Shown in pieces: positions 40,123 through 48,536 of a stretch of DNA of 64,000 nt; within the stretch, counting starts at the first letter, position 1; every line of letters starts with the position of its first letter. The stretch lies in assembly GCA_026225255.1 (NCBI GenBank), contig JAMFSJ010000043.1:23597-87596 (forward strand), given 5' to 3'. This DNA comes from Methylacidimicrobium fagopyrum. GTDB taxonomy: Bacteria > Verrucomicrobiota > Verrucomicrobiia > Limisphaerales > UBA11358. Below the pieces are notes generated by a model. The model was not told the origin of the DNA. It did not search any database and was given only the letters and a program-made list of their open reading frames with translations. The translations under genes were made by a program, and so were the position numbers.

Positions 40123-41642
40123 AAATTTTGGAAACAAAATCACAGTTCACAGAAGCGAACCAAGGTAACGAAGTGCTGCGTTTTCTTCGTTGCCTCCGGT
40201 TCCATCCGGCGGGCTGCGCTTTGGTGCTGATCTTTGCCCTCGCGGGTTGCGCCGTCGGACCGGATTACAAACGCGCCGACGTGGTCGCGAATCAGCCGTT
40301 GCCGAAAATATTCAGCGATAATAATCCGACCAATGCGACGATCTGGAAAATCGCCGCGCCGTCCGCCAATCAGCCGCGCGGTGAATGGTGGACATTATTT
40401 AACGACGCTGAATTGAGCCGCTTGGAAACACTCGCGACCACGAACAATCAAAATCTCGTGGCCTACGCCGCCCGTTTGGAACATGCGCGCGATCTGGTCG
40501 CCGCCACGCGCTCGGAATTTTATCCGCAACTCTCGGCCGGTGGCACGCCGAACGGTGACTTCACGCGCCAGCGCACCAGCATCAATCAACCGCAGTCCGG
40601 CAAGGCCAGCGGCACCGCGCATACTTATGGCACGTTCACCGCGCCGCTGTATCTCGGCTGGGAATTGGATTTGTGGGGCCGCGTGCGTCGCGAATCGGAA
40701 GCCGCCAAAGCGCGTTTCGTTGCGAGCGCCGACGATTTGGAATCTGCCAAACTCCTCGTCGCCGCCGAGGTTGCGAACGATTATTTCAGCCTGCGCACGT
40801 TGACCGACGAATACAATCTGATCACCAACACGATTGACGTTTATCAACGTTCGCTCGCGCTGACGCAGAATCGTCGGCGCGGCGGCGTGGTTTCGGATCT
40901 CGATGTCGCGCAGGCCGCGACGCAACTGCACACCGCGCAAGCCGAGTTGCCGCAGATCGAATTGAGCCGCCGCCAAACCTTGCACGCCCTCGCGATTTTG
41001 TGCGGCCAGATGCCGGTGGATTTTGCTATTTCCAACAGCGGAACGACGACGACGAACGTTCCCGGGATTCCGGCGAGCGTGCCGAGCGAATTGCTCGAAC
41101 ACCGTCCCGACATCGCATCTGCCGAACGTCGCATGGCCGCCGCGAATGCGGATGTCGGCGTGGCCAAAGCCGCTTTTTTTCCAACAGTGCGAATTGATGG
41201 CCTCGCCGGTTTTCAATCCGTCAGCTTCAGTTCGTGGTTCAATTGGTCGAGCCGCATGTGGTCGGTCGGGCCGTCGCTGGAAATCCCGATTTTCACGGGT
41301 GGATTAAATCGAGCGAACCTCGCCGCCGCGCACGCTACTTATGACGAAACCGTTGCCAATTATCGTCAAACCGTGCTCAACGCATTTGGTGAAGTGGCCG
41401 ATCAACTCGCCGCGCAACATTTGCTCGCCGATCAATCGACCGCGCAAAACGAATCCGTGGTCTCGGCGCAACAAGCGTTGCAGATCGCGAACAATCGTTA
41501 CAAGGCCGGGCTCGTGACTTATCTCGATGTCGTCACCGCGCAAGCGCAAGCCTTGAGCCTCGAACAATCCGCCGTGCAATTGCAAGGCGCGCGTCTGACC
41601 GCGACGGTGAATTTGATCAAGTCGCTCGGCGCCGGCTGGTGA
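40119..41642 (+). CDS. Outer-membrane efflux lipoprotein (NodT/OprM family)
   Basis: Lipobox LAGCAVGPDY followed by two OEP repeats. Overlaps the upstream gene by 4 nt. Confidence 0.9.
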   Translation: MKILETKSQFTEANQGNEVLRFLRCLRFHPAGCALVLIFALAGCAVGPDYKRADVVANQPLPKIFSDNNPTNATIWKIAAPSANQPRGEWWTLFNDAELSRLETLATTNNQNLVAYAARLEHARDLVAATRSEFYPQLSAGGTPNGDFTRQRTSINQPQSGKASGTAHTYGTFTAPLYLGWELDLWGRVRRESEAAKARFVASADDLESAKLLVAAEVANDYFSLRTLTDEYNLITNTIDVYQRSLALTQNRRRGGVVSDLDVAQAATQLHTAQAELPQIELSRRQTLHALAILCGQMPVDFAISNSGTTTTNVPGIPASVPSELLEHRPDIASAERRMAAANADVGVAKAAFFPTVRIDGLAGFQSVSFSSWFNWSSRMWSVGPSLEIPIFTGGLNRANLAAAHATYDETVANYRQTVLNAFGEVADQLAAQHLLADQSTAQNESVVSAQQALQIANNRYKAGLVTYLDVVTAQAQALSLEQSAVQLQGARLTATVNLIKSLGAGW

Positions 41643-41681
41643 CCGAGCGCGGACAAAATGATCCGCGCTCCGCTCCCGTCG

Positions 41682-41710
41682 TTGACACCGGCACGCGAAT
41701 TTGTTGAAAT
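41682..41710 (+). promoter_or_regulatory. Sigma-70-like promoter candidate for amt-glnK (TTGACA-N17-TGAAAT)
   Basis: A perfect -35 hexamer, a 17-nt spacer and a 4/6 match to the -10. The -10 ends 8 nt before ATG 41719, which would imply a very short or absent leader. Confidence 0.35.
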
Positions 41711-41718
41711 TTGGCTTC

Positions 41719-43119
41719 ATGAATTCCCCTCATTGGCGACGCTATTTTTTTCTATTGTGCTTATGCCTGTTTTTCAGTGACTTTTCTGCTGCGGCCGCCG
41801 ATTCCATTTCCGCCGCGCCCCAAATGCAATCCACCGCAACCGCATTGCCGGCCATCAACACCGGCGATAATGCGTGGTTACTGGCGAGTTCCGCGTTGGT
41901 TTTGATGATGACCGCGCCGGGTTTGATTTTATTTTACGGCGGCTTGGTGCGGACGAAAAATGTGCTTTCCACCATGATGCACAGTTTGATTTTGATGGCG
42001 CTGGTCTCGGTGATTTGGATGGTTTTTGGCTACAGTCTGGCGTTCAGCGAAGGGAACGTATTTTTTGGAAATCCGCTGACGCATTTATTTTTGAAAGGCG
42101 TGGGCGCCGCGCCGAATCCGGCATACGCGCCGACGATTCCGGCGGAAACCTTCATGCTGTTTCAAATGATGTTCGCCATCATCACGCCCGCGCTCATCAG
42201 CGGCGCGGTGGCGGAACGCGTGAAATTCAGCGCGTATGTCGGCTTCATGTTGTTGTGGCTGCCGCTGATTTATCTGCCGCTGTGCCATATGGTTTGGGGC
42301 CAGGGCGGCTTGTTCAACTGGGCGCTTGGCGGAAAAATTCCCGTGCTCGATTTCGCGGGCGGCACGGTGGTGCATATCAGTTCCGGCGTGTCGGCGCTGG
42401 TGTTCGCGGCGATGCTCGGTAAACGCGCTGGTTTTCCACGTGAACCGATGGTGCCGCACAACGTCGTGCTCTCCCTCATCGGCACGGGATTATTATGGGT
42501 CGGCTGGTTTGGTTTTAATGCGGGCAGCGCGTTGAACGCCGGTTCGCTGGCGACGAGCGCATTTGCGGCGACGCATTTTTCAGCGGCCGCGGCGGCTCTT
42601 AGTTGGGCGGGGTTGGAATGGAAATTAAAAGGCAAACCCAGCGTGCTCGGGGCGGCGGCGGGGATGGTCGCGGGCTTGGCCACGATCACGCCCGCGTCGG
42701 GTTTCGTGAGTATTCCAGCCGCGTTTTGCATCGGCCTGGTCGCCGGCATGGTTTGTTATTTTGCGGTCTCCAAACTCAAAGCGATTTGCGGTTACGATGA
42801 TTCCCTCGACGTTTTTGGCGTGCACGGCGTCGGCAGCATTATCGGCATGTTGATGCTCGGATTTTTTGCCAACGCAGAAGTAAACCCCGCGCTGGCCAAC
42901 ACCTTCAAGGCCAATGGCGTGCTCGTTTCCCTGGCGGGCAGTTCGCATCAATTCATCAATCAATGTATCGGCGTAGCGTTCACCGCGGTTTTTGCGGGCG
43001 TGGGCACGTTTATCATTTTGAAAATCGTGGATAAAGTCATCGGACTGCGCGTGGATCAAGAAGAAGAAAGTGTCGGACTAGACCTTTCCCAACACGGCGA
43101 AAGCGCCTACAATGAATAA
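41719..43119 (+). CDS. amt: Ammonium transporter
   Basis: Amt/MEP signatures (FAGGTVVHISSGVSALV; DDSLDVFGVHGVGSIIG). The track start 41701 is TTG; the first ATG at 41719 gives a signal peptide. Confidence 0.9.
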   Translation: MNSPHWRRYFFLLCLCLFFSDFSAAAADSISAAPQMQSTATALPAINTGDNAWLLASSALVLMMTAPGLILFYGGLVRTKNVLSTMMHSLILMALVSVIWMVFGYSLAFSEGNVFFGNPLTHLFLKGVGAAPNPAYAPTIPAETFMLFQMMFAIITPALISGAVAERVKFSAYVGFMLLWLPLIYLPLCHMVWGQGGLFNWALGGKIPVLDFAGGTVVHISSGVSALVFAAMLGKRAGFPREPMVPHNVVLSLIGTGLLWVGWFGFNAGSALNAGSLATSAFAATHFSAAAAALSWAGLEWKLKGKPSVLGAAAGMVAGLATITPASGFVSIPAAFCIGLVAGMVCYFAVSKLKAICGYDDSLDVFGVHGVGSIIGMLMLGFFANAEVNPALANTFKANGVLVSLAGSSHQFINQCIGVAFTAVFAGVGTFIILKIVDKVIGLRVDQEEESVGLDLSQHGESAYNE

Positions 43120-43467
<348 letters not shown>

Positions 43468-43577
43468 TTGGGCGGCGAGAGCCGTTAACGAAATCTCTGC
43501 AAAAGTCCCGTAGCGGCGGTCCTATGGCCCAGTGCCACCGACCGCCGCGACCAATAAACGGACTTTGCCGAGCCGTC

Positions 43578-44468
43578 TCAAGGCTTCAATTCATTTCGTC
43601 GCAACAGCTCAGCGCCATAGCCCGCGCGAAAATCGCGAAATTGAAATGCGTATTTTAATTCCGTGCGTAACTTCGCATTGCTGATGCGCTTATTCGTCAC
43701 GCCGCGGCGACGTTCTAAATTCTCTGGTTTAGTGGGCGGCAGATTTTTATCGAGCGTCGCCGCCAGCCATTGAAAAAACTTCAACTGCGTCACCGGTTCG
43801 TTATCCACGGCGTTGTAAATTTCCCCGGGACGCCCGTGGGTCAAAGCCGCGATGATGCAACCGATCAAATCGTCGCGGTGAATCATGTTCAAAAACCGTG
43901 AGCCGTCGCCTTCGATCTGCGCCTGGCCTTTTAAAAATTGTTTGAACCAATGGCCGCGCTCTGGCCCGTAAATTCCCGCCACCCGCAAAATTACCGCCGG
44001 AAAATCCGTATCGGGCGAACGCCCGTTCGCCGCCGCGAGCAAAACATTTTCCGTCGCGACGAGAATTTTAGAAGTTTCTGCGTTTGGCTCGACCGGACTT
44101 TTTTCGGTCACGACGGAACCATCGTTTTGCCCATAAACACTCGTGCTGCTCGTATAAACAAATTTCTGCGGCGGATTGGGCGCGAGCCAGGTGATCAGAT
44201 TTTGCGTGCCCGCCAAATAGACTTGCCGGTAATTTTCCGCGTCGCCGCCCGCCGCGACGCAGTTGACCACCCAATCAAAATGGTTCGGGAGTTTTTTTAA
44301 TTCAGCCAACTGCGTTACGTCAGCGAATAACGGAGAAATTCCGGCAGCTTTTAATTCACTTTCCGCCGAAGCATTGCGCCGCAGCCCAAAAACTTCGTGC
44401 CCTTGGCGGACGAGTTCCGCTCCGAGTGGCAAACCAACGTAGCCGCAGCCGACGATTAAAACGCGCAT
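43578..44468 (-). CDS. NAD-dependent epimerase/dehydratase family (extended SDR) protein
   Basis: MRVLIVGCGYVGLPLGAELVRQGHEV Rossmann start. 296 aa. Confidence 0.8.
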   Translation of the reverse strand: MRVLIVGCGYVGLPLGAELVRQGHEVFGLRRNASAESELKAAGISPLFADVTQLAELKKLPNHFDWVVNCVAAGGDAENYRQVYLAGTQNLITWLAPNPPQKFVYTSSTSVYGQNDGSVVTEKSPVEPNAETSKILVATENVLLAAANGRSPDTDFPAVILRVAGIYGPERGHWFKQFLKGQAQIEGDGSRFLNMIHRDDLIGCIIAALTHGRPGEIYNAVDNEPVTQLKFFQWLAATLDKNLPPTKPENLERRRGVTNKRISNAKLRTELKYAFQFRDFRAGYGAELLRRNELKP

Positions 44469-44474
44469 GAGGAG

Positions 44475-44547
44475 ATTAAATAAGGAAAGCAGGAAAGCAG
44501 GAATAAAAATCCGTTGTTTTCCTGCTTTCCTGCTTTCCTTATTTAAT
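44475..44547. terminator. Perfect 29-bp-stem hairpin (AGGAAAGCAGGA family), copy 1
   Basis: attaaataaggaaagcaggaaagcaggaa (44475-44503) pairs perfectly with ttcctgctttcctgctttccttatttaat (44519-44547). 15-nt loop. Confidence 0.7.
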
Positions 44548-44557
44548 ACTTAATCCA

Positions 44558-44665
44558 TCAACGCGCCGAAGCGCAGTTCTTTGTAAAAACTTCGTGCCCT
44601 TGGCGGACGAGTTCCGCTCCGAGTGGCAAACCAACGTAGCCGCAGCCAACGATTAAAACGCGCAT
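44558..44665 (-). pseudogene. Duplicated 5' fragment of the SDR epimerase gene (35-codon remnant)
   Basis: It encodes MRVLIVGCGYVGLPLGAELVRQGHEVF, identical to the first 27 aa of 43578-44468, then runs into a ppx 3'-end fragment and stops. It is part of the 197-bp tandem duplication. Confidence 0.7.
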
Positions 44666-44678
44666 GAGGAGATTAATT

Positions 44679-44741
44679 ATAAGGAAAGCAGGAAAGCAGG
44701 AATAAAAATCCGTTGTTTTCCTGCCTTCCTGCTTTCCTCAT
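44679..44741. terminator. Hairpin copy 2, immediately downstream of ppx (2 stem mismatches)
   Basis: Same arms as copy 1, but T to C at 44725 and 44739 breaks two pairs. It lies 8 nt from the ppx stop. Confidence 0.6.
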
Positions 44742-44748
44742 TTAATAC

Positions 44749-45690
44749 TTAATCCATCAACGCCGCAAAGCGCAGGCCGCGCGTGCTGATGCGCAGTTCT
44801 TTGAAGCCGAATTCTTCCATGACCGCCTCGTAAATAATCACGCCGGTGAGAATGACATCCGCGCGCATTTTCGGCAGTCCGATGATTTCCTTACGCGCCG
44901 CCAGGGGTAATTTCCACAAACTCTTCCGGCGCGACTGCACCTGTTCAAAATTCAAAACCGTGCGTTCGATTTTCGCGCGATCAAAGCGATCCAGTTTATT
45001 TTCCACGCGCGCGAGAATGCTCGTGGTGCCACCGGTGCCAACGAGGCGGATTTCGCCGGTTTCGCTCTGCAACGCCGGTTCCAATAGCGGACGCACTTTG
45101 TAGTGCAAAAATTCTTTCAGCCATTCGTGGCAGTGCGCAAATTCATCCGGCGTCGGGGGATCGCCGTGCGGAAATTTTTCCAACAAGCGAACGGTGCCCA
45201 GCGGAAAGCTATGCGCGAAACTTTTTTTCTTGCCGTGACCCAAAATAAATTCCGTGCTGCCGCCGCCGACATCGAGTAAGAGCAACGGCTGTTTCGCGAG
45301 TTCGAGGTCGCTGGTCACACCTTGAAACGCCCATTCGGCTTCGCGCCCGCCGGTGATGATTTCGGTTTTCAGACCGGAAGCGCGCTCGATGGCGTTCGTC
45401 AAATCGCGTGGATTGATCGCGTCGCGCGCGGCGCTGGTGGCGATCACGCGGATACTGTCCGCATTGCGTTCGCGCGCGATTTCGCCAAATTCCCAAACCG
45501 CTTCGGCTGTGCGCGCGATACTTTCCGGTTGGAGTTGATGCGTTTCGTAAAATCCTTTGCCCAGCCGCGTCTGCCGACTTTCTTCATGCACCGGCGTCAC
45601 ATCGCGACCACGCACGTCCGCCACCAACAACTTAATCGAGTTGGTGCCGACATCAATAACCGCGCGGCGAATGCTCCCAAGATGGCCCAT
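44749..45690 (-). CDS. ppx: Exopolyphosphatase / guanosine pentaphosphate phosphohydrolase family (Ppx/GppA)
   Basis: VIDVGTNSIKLLVA and LLLDVGGGSTEF ASKHA-fold motifs. ATG 45690 is preferred; the track's N-terminal extension has no support. Confidence 0.85.
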   Translation of the reverse strand: MGHLGSIRRAVIDVGTNSIKLLVADVRGRDVTPVHEESRQTRLGKGFYETHQLQPESIARTAEAVWEFGEIARERNADSIRVIATSAARDAINPRDLTNAIERASGLKTEIITGGREAEWAFQGVTSDLELAKQPLLLLDVGGGSTEFILGHGKKKSFAHSFPLGTVRLLEKFPHGDPPTPDEFAHCHEWLKEFLHYKVRPLLEPALQSETGEIRLVGTGGTTSILARVENKLDRFDRAKIERTVLNFEQVQSRRKSLWKLPLAARKEIIGLPKMRADVILTGVIIYEAVMEEFGFKELRISTRGLRFAALMD

Positions 45691-45865
45691 GCTGCGCCAG
45701 ACTATGGAACAAACCCGGCGATTCCAAAGCAAAAAAGTGTTACATTTTGGCACGGATGCGCCATGGTGCGGGCGTAAAAGTATTTTTGCGAAAGCGCTTT
45801 GCTGGCCGGATCGCCGGGTCGGCTTTAACGCTTTCACTCTTTACCGTTCCCTTTAAAATTCGGCC

Positions 45866-46369
45866 ATGGAAATTTTTCTGCTTCGCCATGGTCTGGCCGC
45901 CGAACGCAATATTTTGGAATGGGGCGATGATTCTACGCGCCCGCTTACGGCCAAAGGAAAAAAGGAGTTGAAAAAAATTTCCGCCGCCATGGAACGAATG
46001 GATTTGGATTTCGACCTGATTTTATCCAGTCCATTTTTGCGGGCGAAAGAAACGGCGGAAATCGTCGCGACAAACTTAAAACTGGAAAAGCGCTTAAAAT
46101 TTTCCGAAGCCCTGACGCCGGAAAAACCGGTCGAACCGCTCATCCGGCAATTACAGAAACTCAAGCTGTCGCCGGGAAAAATCCTGTTGGTGGGTCACGA
46201 ACCAAGCTTGAGCCAGTTGATTTCGTGGCTGACCACGGGCGATATGAAACTGGAATTGGATTTAAAAAAAGGCGGTTTGGCGAAGCTGGAAGTAAAAAAA
46301 TTATCCGTCGGAAAATGCGCCGCGCTGGCTTGGTTGCTGACGCCGAAACAAATGAAGTGGATGGTTTAA
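45866..46369 (+). CDS. sixA: Phosphohistidine phosphatase SixA family
   Basis: MEIFLLRHGLA...RPLTAKG...SSPFLRAKETAEIV histidine-phosphatase motifs. 167 aa. Confidence 0.8.
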   Translation: MEIFLLRHGLAAERNILEWGDDSTRPLTAKGKKELKKISAAMERMDLDFDLILSSPFLRAKETAEIVATNLKLEKRLKFSEALTPEKPVEPLIRQLQKLKLSPGKILLVGHEPSLSQLISWLTTGDMKLELDLKKGGLAKLEVKKLSVGKCAALAWLLTPKQMKWMV

Positions 46370-46773
46370 CCAATGCGATACGAAACTTTTTGCACCAGCG
46401 TTTTGCCAAAACTGTTCTGCATCCGATCTAAAATCTCCTTGCGGCGATAGCGGACGATCTCTGAAAGCCACGCGCTATTGTCTACGTTCACGAACAGCGT
46501 GCCTTTGTGTAAATTTGCGGGTTGCGCGTGGGCGGTGATGTTCGGATCAATCAAGTCGTTCCAAACTTTGACGATCTCGGCCTCGCCCTGCCGCGCATCC
46601 ATCCGCAAATCTTTCAGCACCGTCGGCAGCACGTCGGCCAGATTGCGGGCGGCATCCGCCATCGCTTTTTCCTGCGCGGAGATATCTACGCCACGCCACT
46701 GCGCGAGCACGTTTGCGCGCGCGGAACTTTTTTTAGGTTCCCGCTGCGGAAAATGTTTCAGCGACGATTTCAA
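46366..46773 (-). CDS. DUF721 (DciA-like) protein
   Basis: 135 aa. GTLFVNVDNSAWLSEIVRYRRKEILDRM is typical of DUF721. TTG start in the track. 4-nt convergent overlap with sixA. Confidence 0.55.
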   Translation of the reverse strand: MKSSLKHFPQREPKKSSARANVLAQWRGVDISAQEKAMADAARNLADVLPTVLKDLRMDARQGEAEIVKVWNDLIDPNITAHAQPANLHKGTLFVNVDNSAWLSEIVRYRRKEILDRMQNSFGKTLVQKVSYRIG

Positions 46774-46873
46774 AGCTTAAATAAAATAACGGCAAAGCCG
46801 CAAAGCACACGCAGAATTTAATTGGAACCGCGGCCCGTTTGGAAAATACCCGCGTTGGGATCGGCCGGAGGAT

Positions 46874-46907
46874 CAACCACTAATCTGCGCTGATCTCCGC
46901 TGCCAAA
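46874..46907. repeat. Same motif family, intergenic between the porin and DUF721 genes
   Basis: caac cactaatctg cgctgatctc cgctgcc. Confidence 0.75.
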
Positions 46908-46934
46908 AAATTAGAGGATAAGGATATTTTGCCA

Positions 46935-46970
46935 AATAAAAAACCCCTCCCGGTTTTGGCCGGAAGGGGC
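46935..46970 (-). terminator. Rho-independent terminator of the porin gene
   Basis: Minus strand reads ccccttccgg-ccaaaa-ccgggagggg followed by ttttttatttgg. Confidence 0.75.
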
Positions 46971-46988
46971 TGTAAGTTCTAAATCAGA

Positions 46989-48170
46989 TTAGAACGTGTA
47001 AATGAGGTTGAGCGCCAAGATGAAGGAGTTGGCTTGGCTCGAATCATTGCCAAAGGCGGTGCCGGAATCAGCATGATCCCAACGGACTTCAGCGCGGCTG
47101 ATGACATTAGCCCAGAGGTTGTATTGGACCGTGGCGGTGAGTTCTTCGCCCTTGCCGTTGGTGTTGCTATCAGGATATGCCGTCAACCCGCTAAAAGGCA
47201 TGTCGAAGTATTCGCCACGGAGGTTGAGGGACAATTTGTCGGTTGCTTGGAAGTTGCCATACAGACCAACGACCCAGCCGCTGCTGTTATGAGCATTTCC
47301 ATACGTATCTTTGTCAGCCAAGCTGATCAAGTCAAATGAGGAGCCGACTTTGAGCTTGCTGCACGGCGTCGGGATAACCAAACCAGCGTAGAAGTTGTTC
47401 TGGCCGCCGCTTTCCAGATTCAACAACGTGCCGACATTCGCGGTGCCACCTTTCAAGAAACCCCAGCTGTCAGGAGCCGTGAAGGCCACTGCGCCAGCAA
47501 AGGTTTTGGAAGACAGATGATTGGGAGCTGTGTCTCCACCAAAAATCGTTGAGTCGGTTGCATTCGCGATACCGCCAGAGACGGACAGCAAATCGCTGAA
47601 TTTGTAAGTGCCGATCAAACCGGTAAGGGTCGTAGGCTCGAAGGCATAACCGATGGAACGGGTATAGTTCGGATTCAAACCATCCGTGTTGCCTTCGTAA
47701 CCGATGATGTCGTCTTGCACGCCGACTTTCCAGTCAATGCCGTTGCCGAGCGGAGTGCGGATAACGATGTAAGCTTGGCGAACGCCGAAATTATTGAAGC
47801 CGTCTTTGTTTTCAGTCTCGCTTTCGAGTGAACTCAATCCGTTGATGGCGTCTGCACCCCAGTTCAAGTCAACGTGATAACCGGCCGCCCAAGGCGATTC
47901 GTCTTGGGGACGATCAATCGTAACCGTGATGTTGTTGAGGCTGAACTGGTCGATTTTGGACGCGCTCGTTCCAGCCGGAACGCCGTTATCACCGGTGTCA
48001 CTTTGGCTGCCCGTATTATACTGCGCCGCCACATCAACGTAACCGCTGATCGTGGTGTTGGAGAGCGCGGTCTGCAACGGGGTTATTTTCGTTTCGTCTG
48101 CACGCGCGGCTGAAGCCAAACTGACTGCGCCGATTGCTGCGAGACCCAATGTCCATTTATTAAACTTCAT
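46989..48170 (-). CDS. Outer-membrane beta-barrel porin-like protein
   Basis: ATG 48170 is preceded by GGAGGA and followed by the signal peptide MKFNKWTLGLAAIGAVSLASAARA. Alternating beta-strand pattern with a C-terminal ...LNLIYTF (terminal Phe). Confidence 0.7.
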   Translation of the reverse strand: MKFNKWTLGLAAIGAVSLASAARADETKITPLQTALSNTTISGYVDVAAQYNTGSQSDTGDNGVPAGTSASKIDQFSLNNITVTIDRPQDESPWAAGYHVDLNWGADAINGLSSLESETENKDGFNNFGVRQAYIVIRTPLGNGIDWKVGVQDDIIGYEGNTDGLNPNYTRSIGYAFEPTTLTGLIGTYKFSDLLSVSGGIANATDSTIFGGDTAPNHLSSKTFAGAVAFTAPDSWGFLKGGTANVGTLLNLESGGQNNFYAGLVIPTPCSKLKVGSSFDLISLADKDTYGNAHNSSGWVVGLYGNFQATDKLSLNLRGEYFDMPFSGLTAYPDSNTNGKGEELTATVQYNLWANVISRAEVRWDHADSGTAFGNDSSQANSFILALNLIYTF

Positions 48171-48536
48171 CTGTTCCTCCGATGTTGTTTGTTGTTGTTT
48201 GTTATCACCGAGTGGCAAAAACAGTTTGCCGTTATCACCTTGAAAGGTGGTTATGAGGTCGAAATTAAGGAAAACGAGGGTCAATGACAATAGATTTTTT
48301 ACGTATTTTTTGGGTGTGTCTTAGATTGAGCCAAGCCTTAAAACGCAATTATTTGTTTAAAATGCCCTTAAAATCGGACAGCTCGTGTCTCTTCAATCAC
48401 CATAAAATGGGCATAGTGAATTGGTAAAAAGTGGTTTTATAAGGAAATGCGGCGCTGGAACAGATTGTGCTTATTCATTTTAGAGCAGTGGCACGTCTTG
48501 ACCTGCCACGAACCCTAAATCATCACACTATAACGT

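Larger units (their letters stand above)
44388..44802. repeat. Tandem segmental duplication, period 197 bp (copy 1 at 44388-44584, copy 2 from 44585)
   Basis: About 175 bp are near-identical (3 substitutions plus a 2-nt indel). The unit covers the SDR 5' end, the long hairpin and the ppx 3' end. Copy 1 lacks 21 bp lying between two gcgcag direct repeats. Confidence 0.9.

Noticed and set aside
30005-41642. A complete aryl-polyene/flexirubin-type biosynthetic cluster (lpxD-like acyltransferase, TAL, halogenase, RND exporter).
   Set aside because: No ketosynthase, ACP, dehydratase, CoA-ligase or MMPL-type exporter is present. lpxD looks like the genuine lipid A enzyme. The RND system is a standard TetR-controlled AcrB/MFP/OMF efflux operon. 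The fab genes 10 kb away are the housekeeping set.
41689-41704. A sigma-54 promoter upstream of amt-glnK (CGGCAC-N5-TTTG).
   Set aside because: The -12 GC is missing and the spacing is off by one. A sigma-70-like TTGACA-N17-TGAAAT fits better. Left as low-confidence only.
44388-44802. The duplication as a transposon or MITE insertion.
   Set aside because: The repeated unit is ordinary local sequence (gene start, terminator, gene end) in direct tandem, with a microhomology junction. There are no terminal inverted repeats of its own and no transposase.
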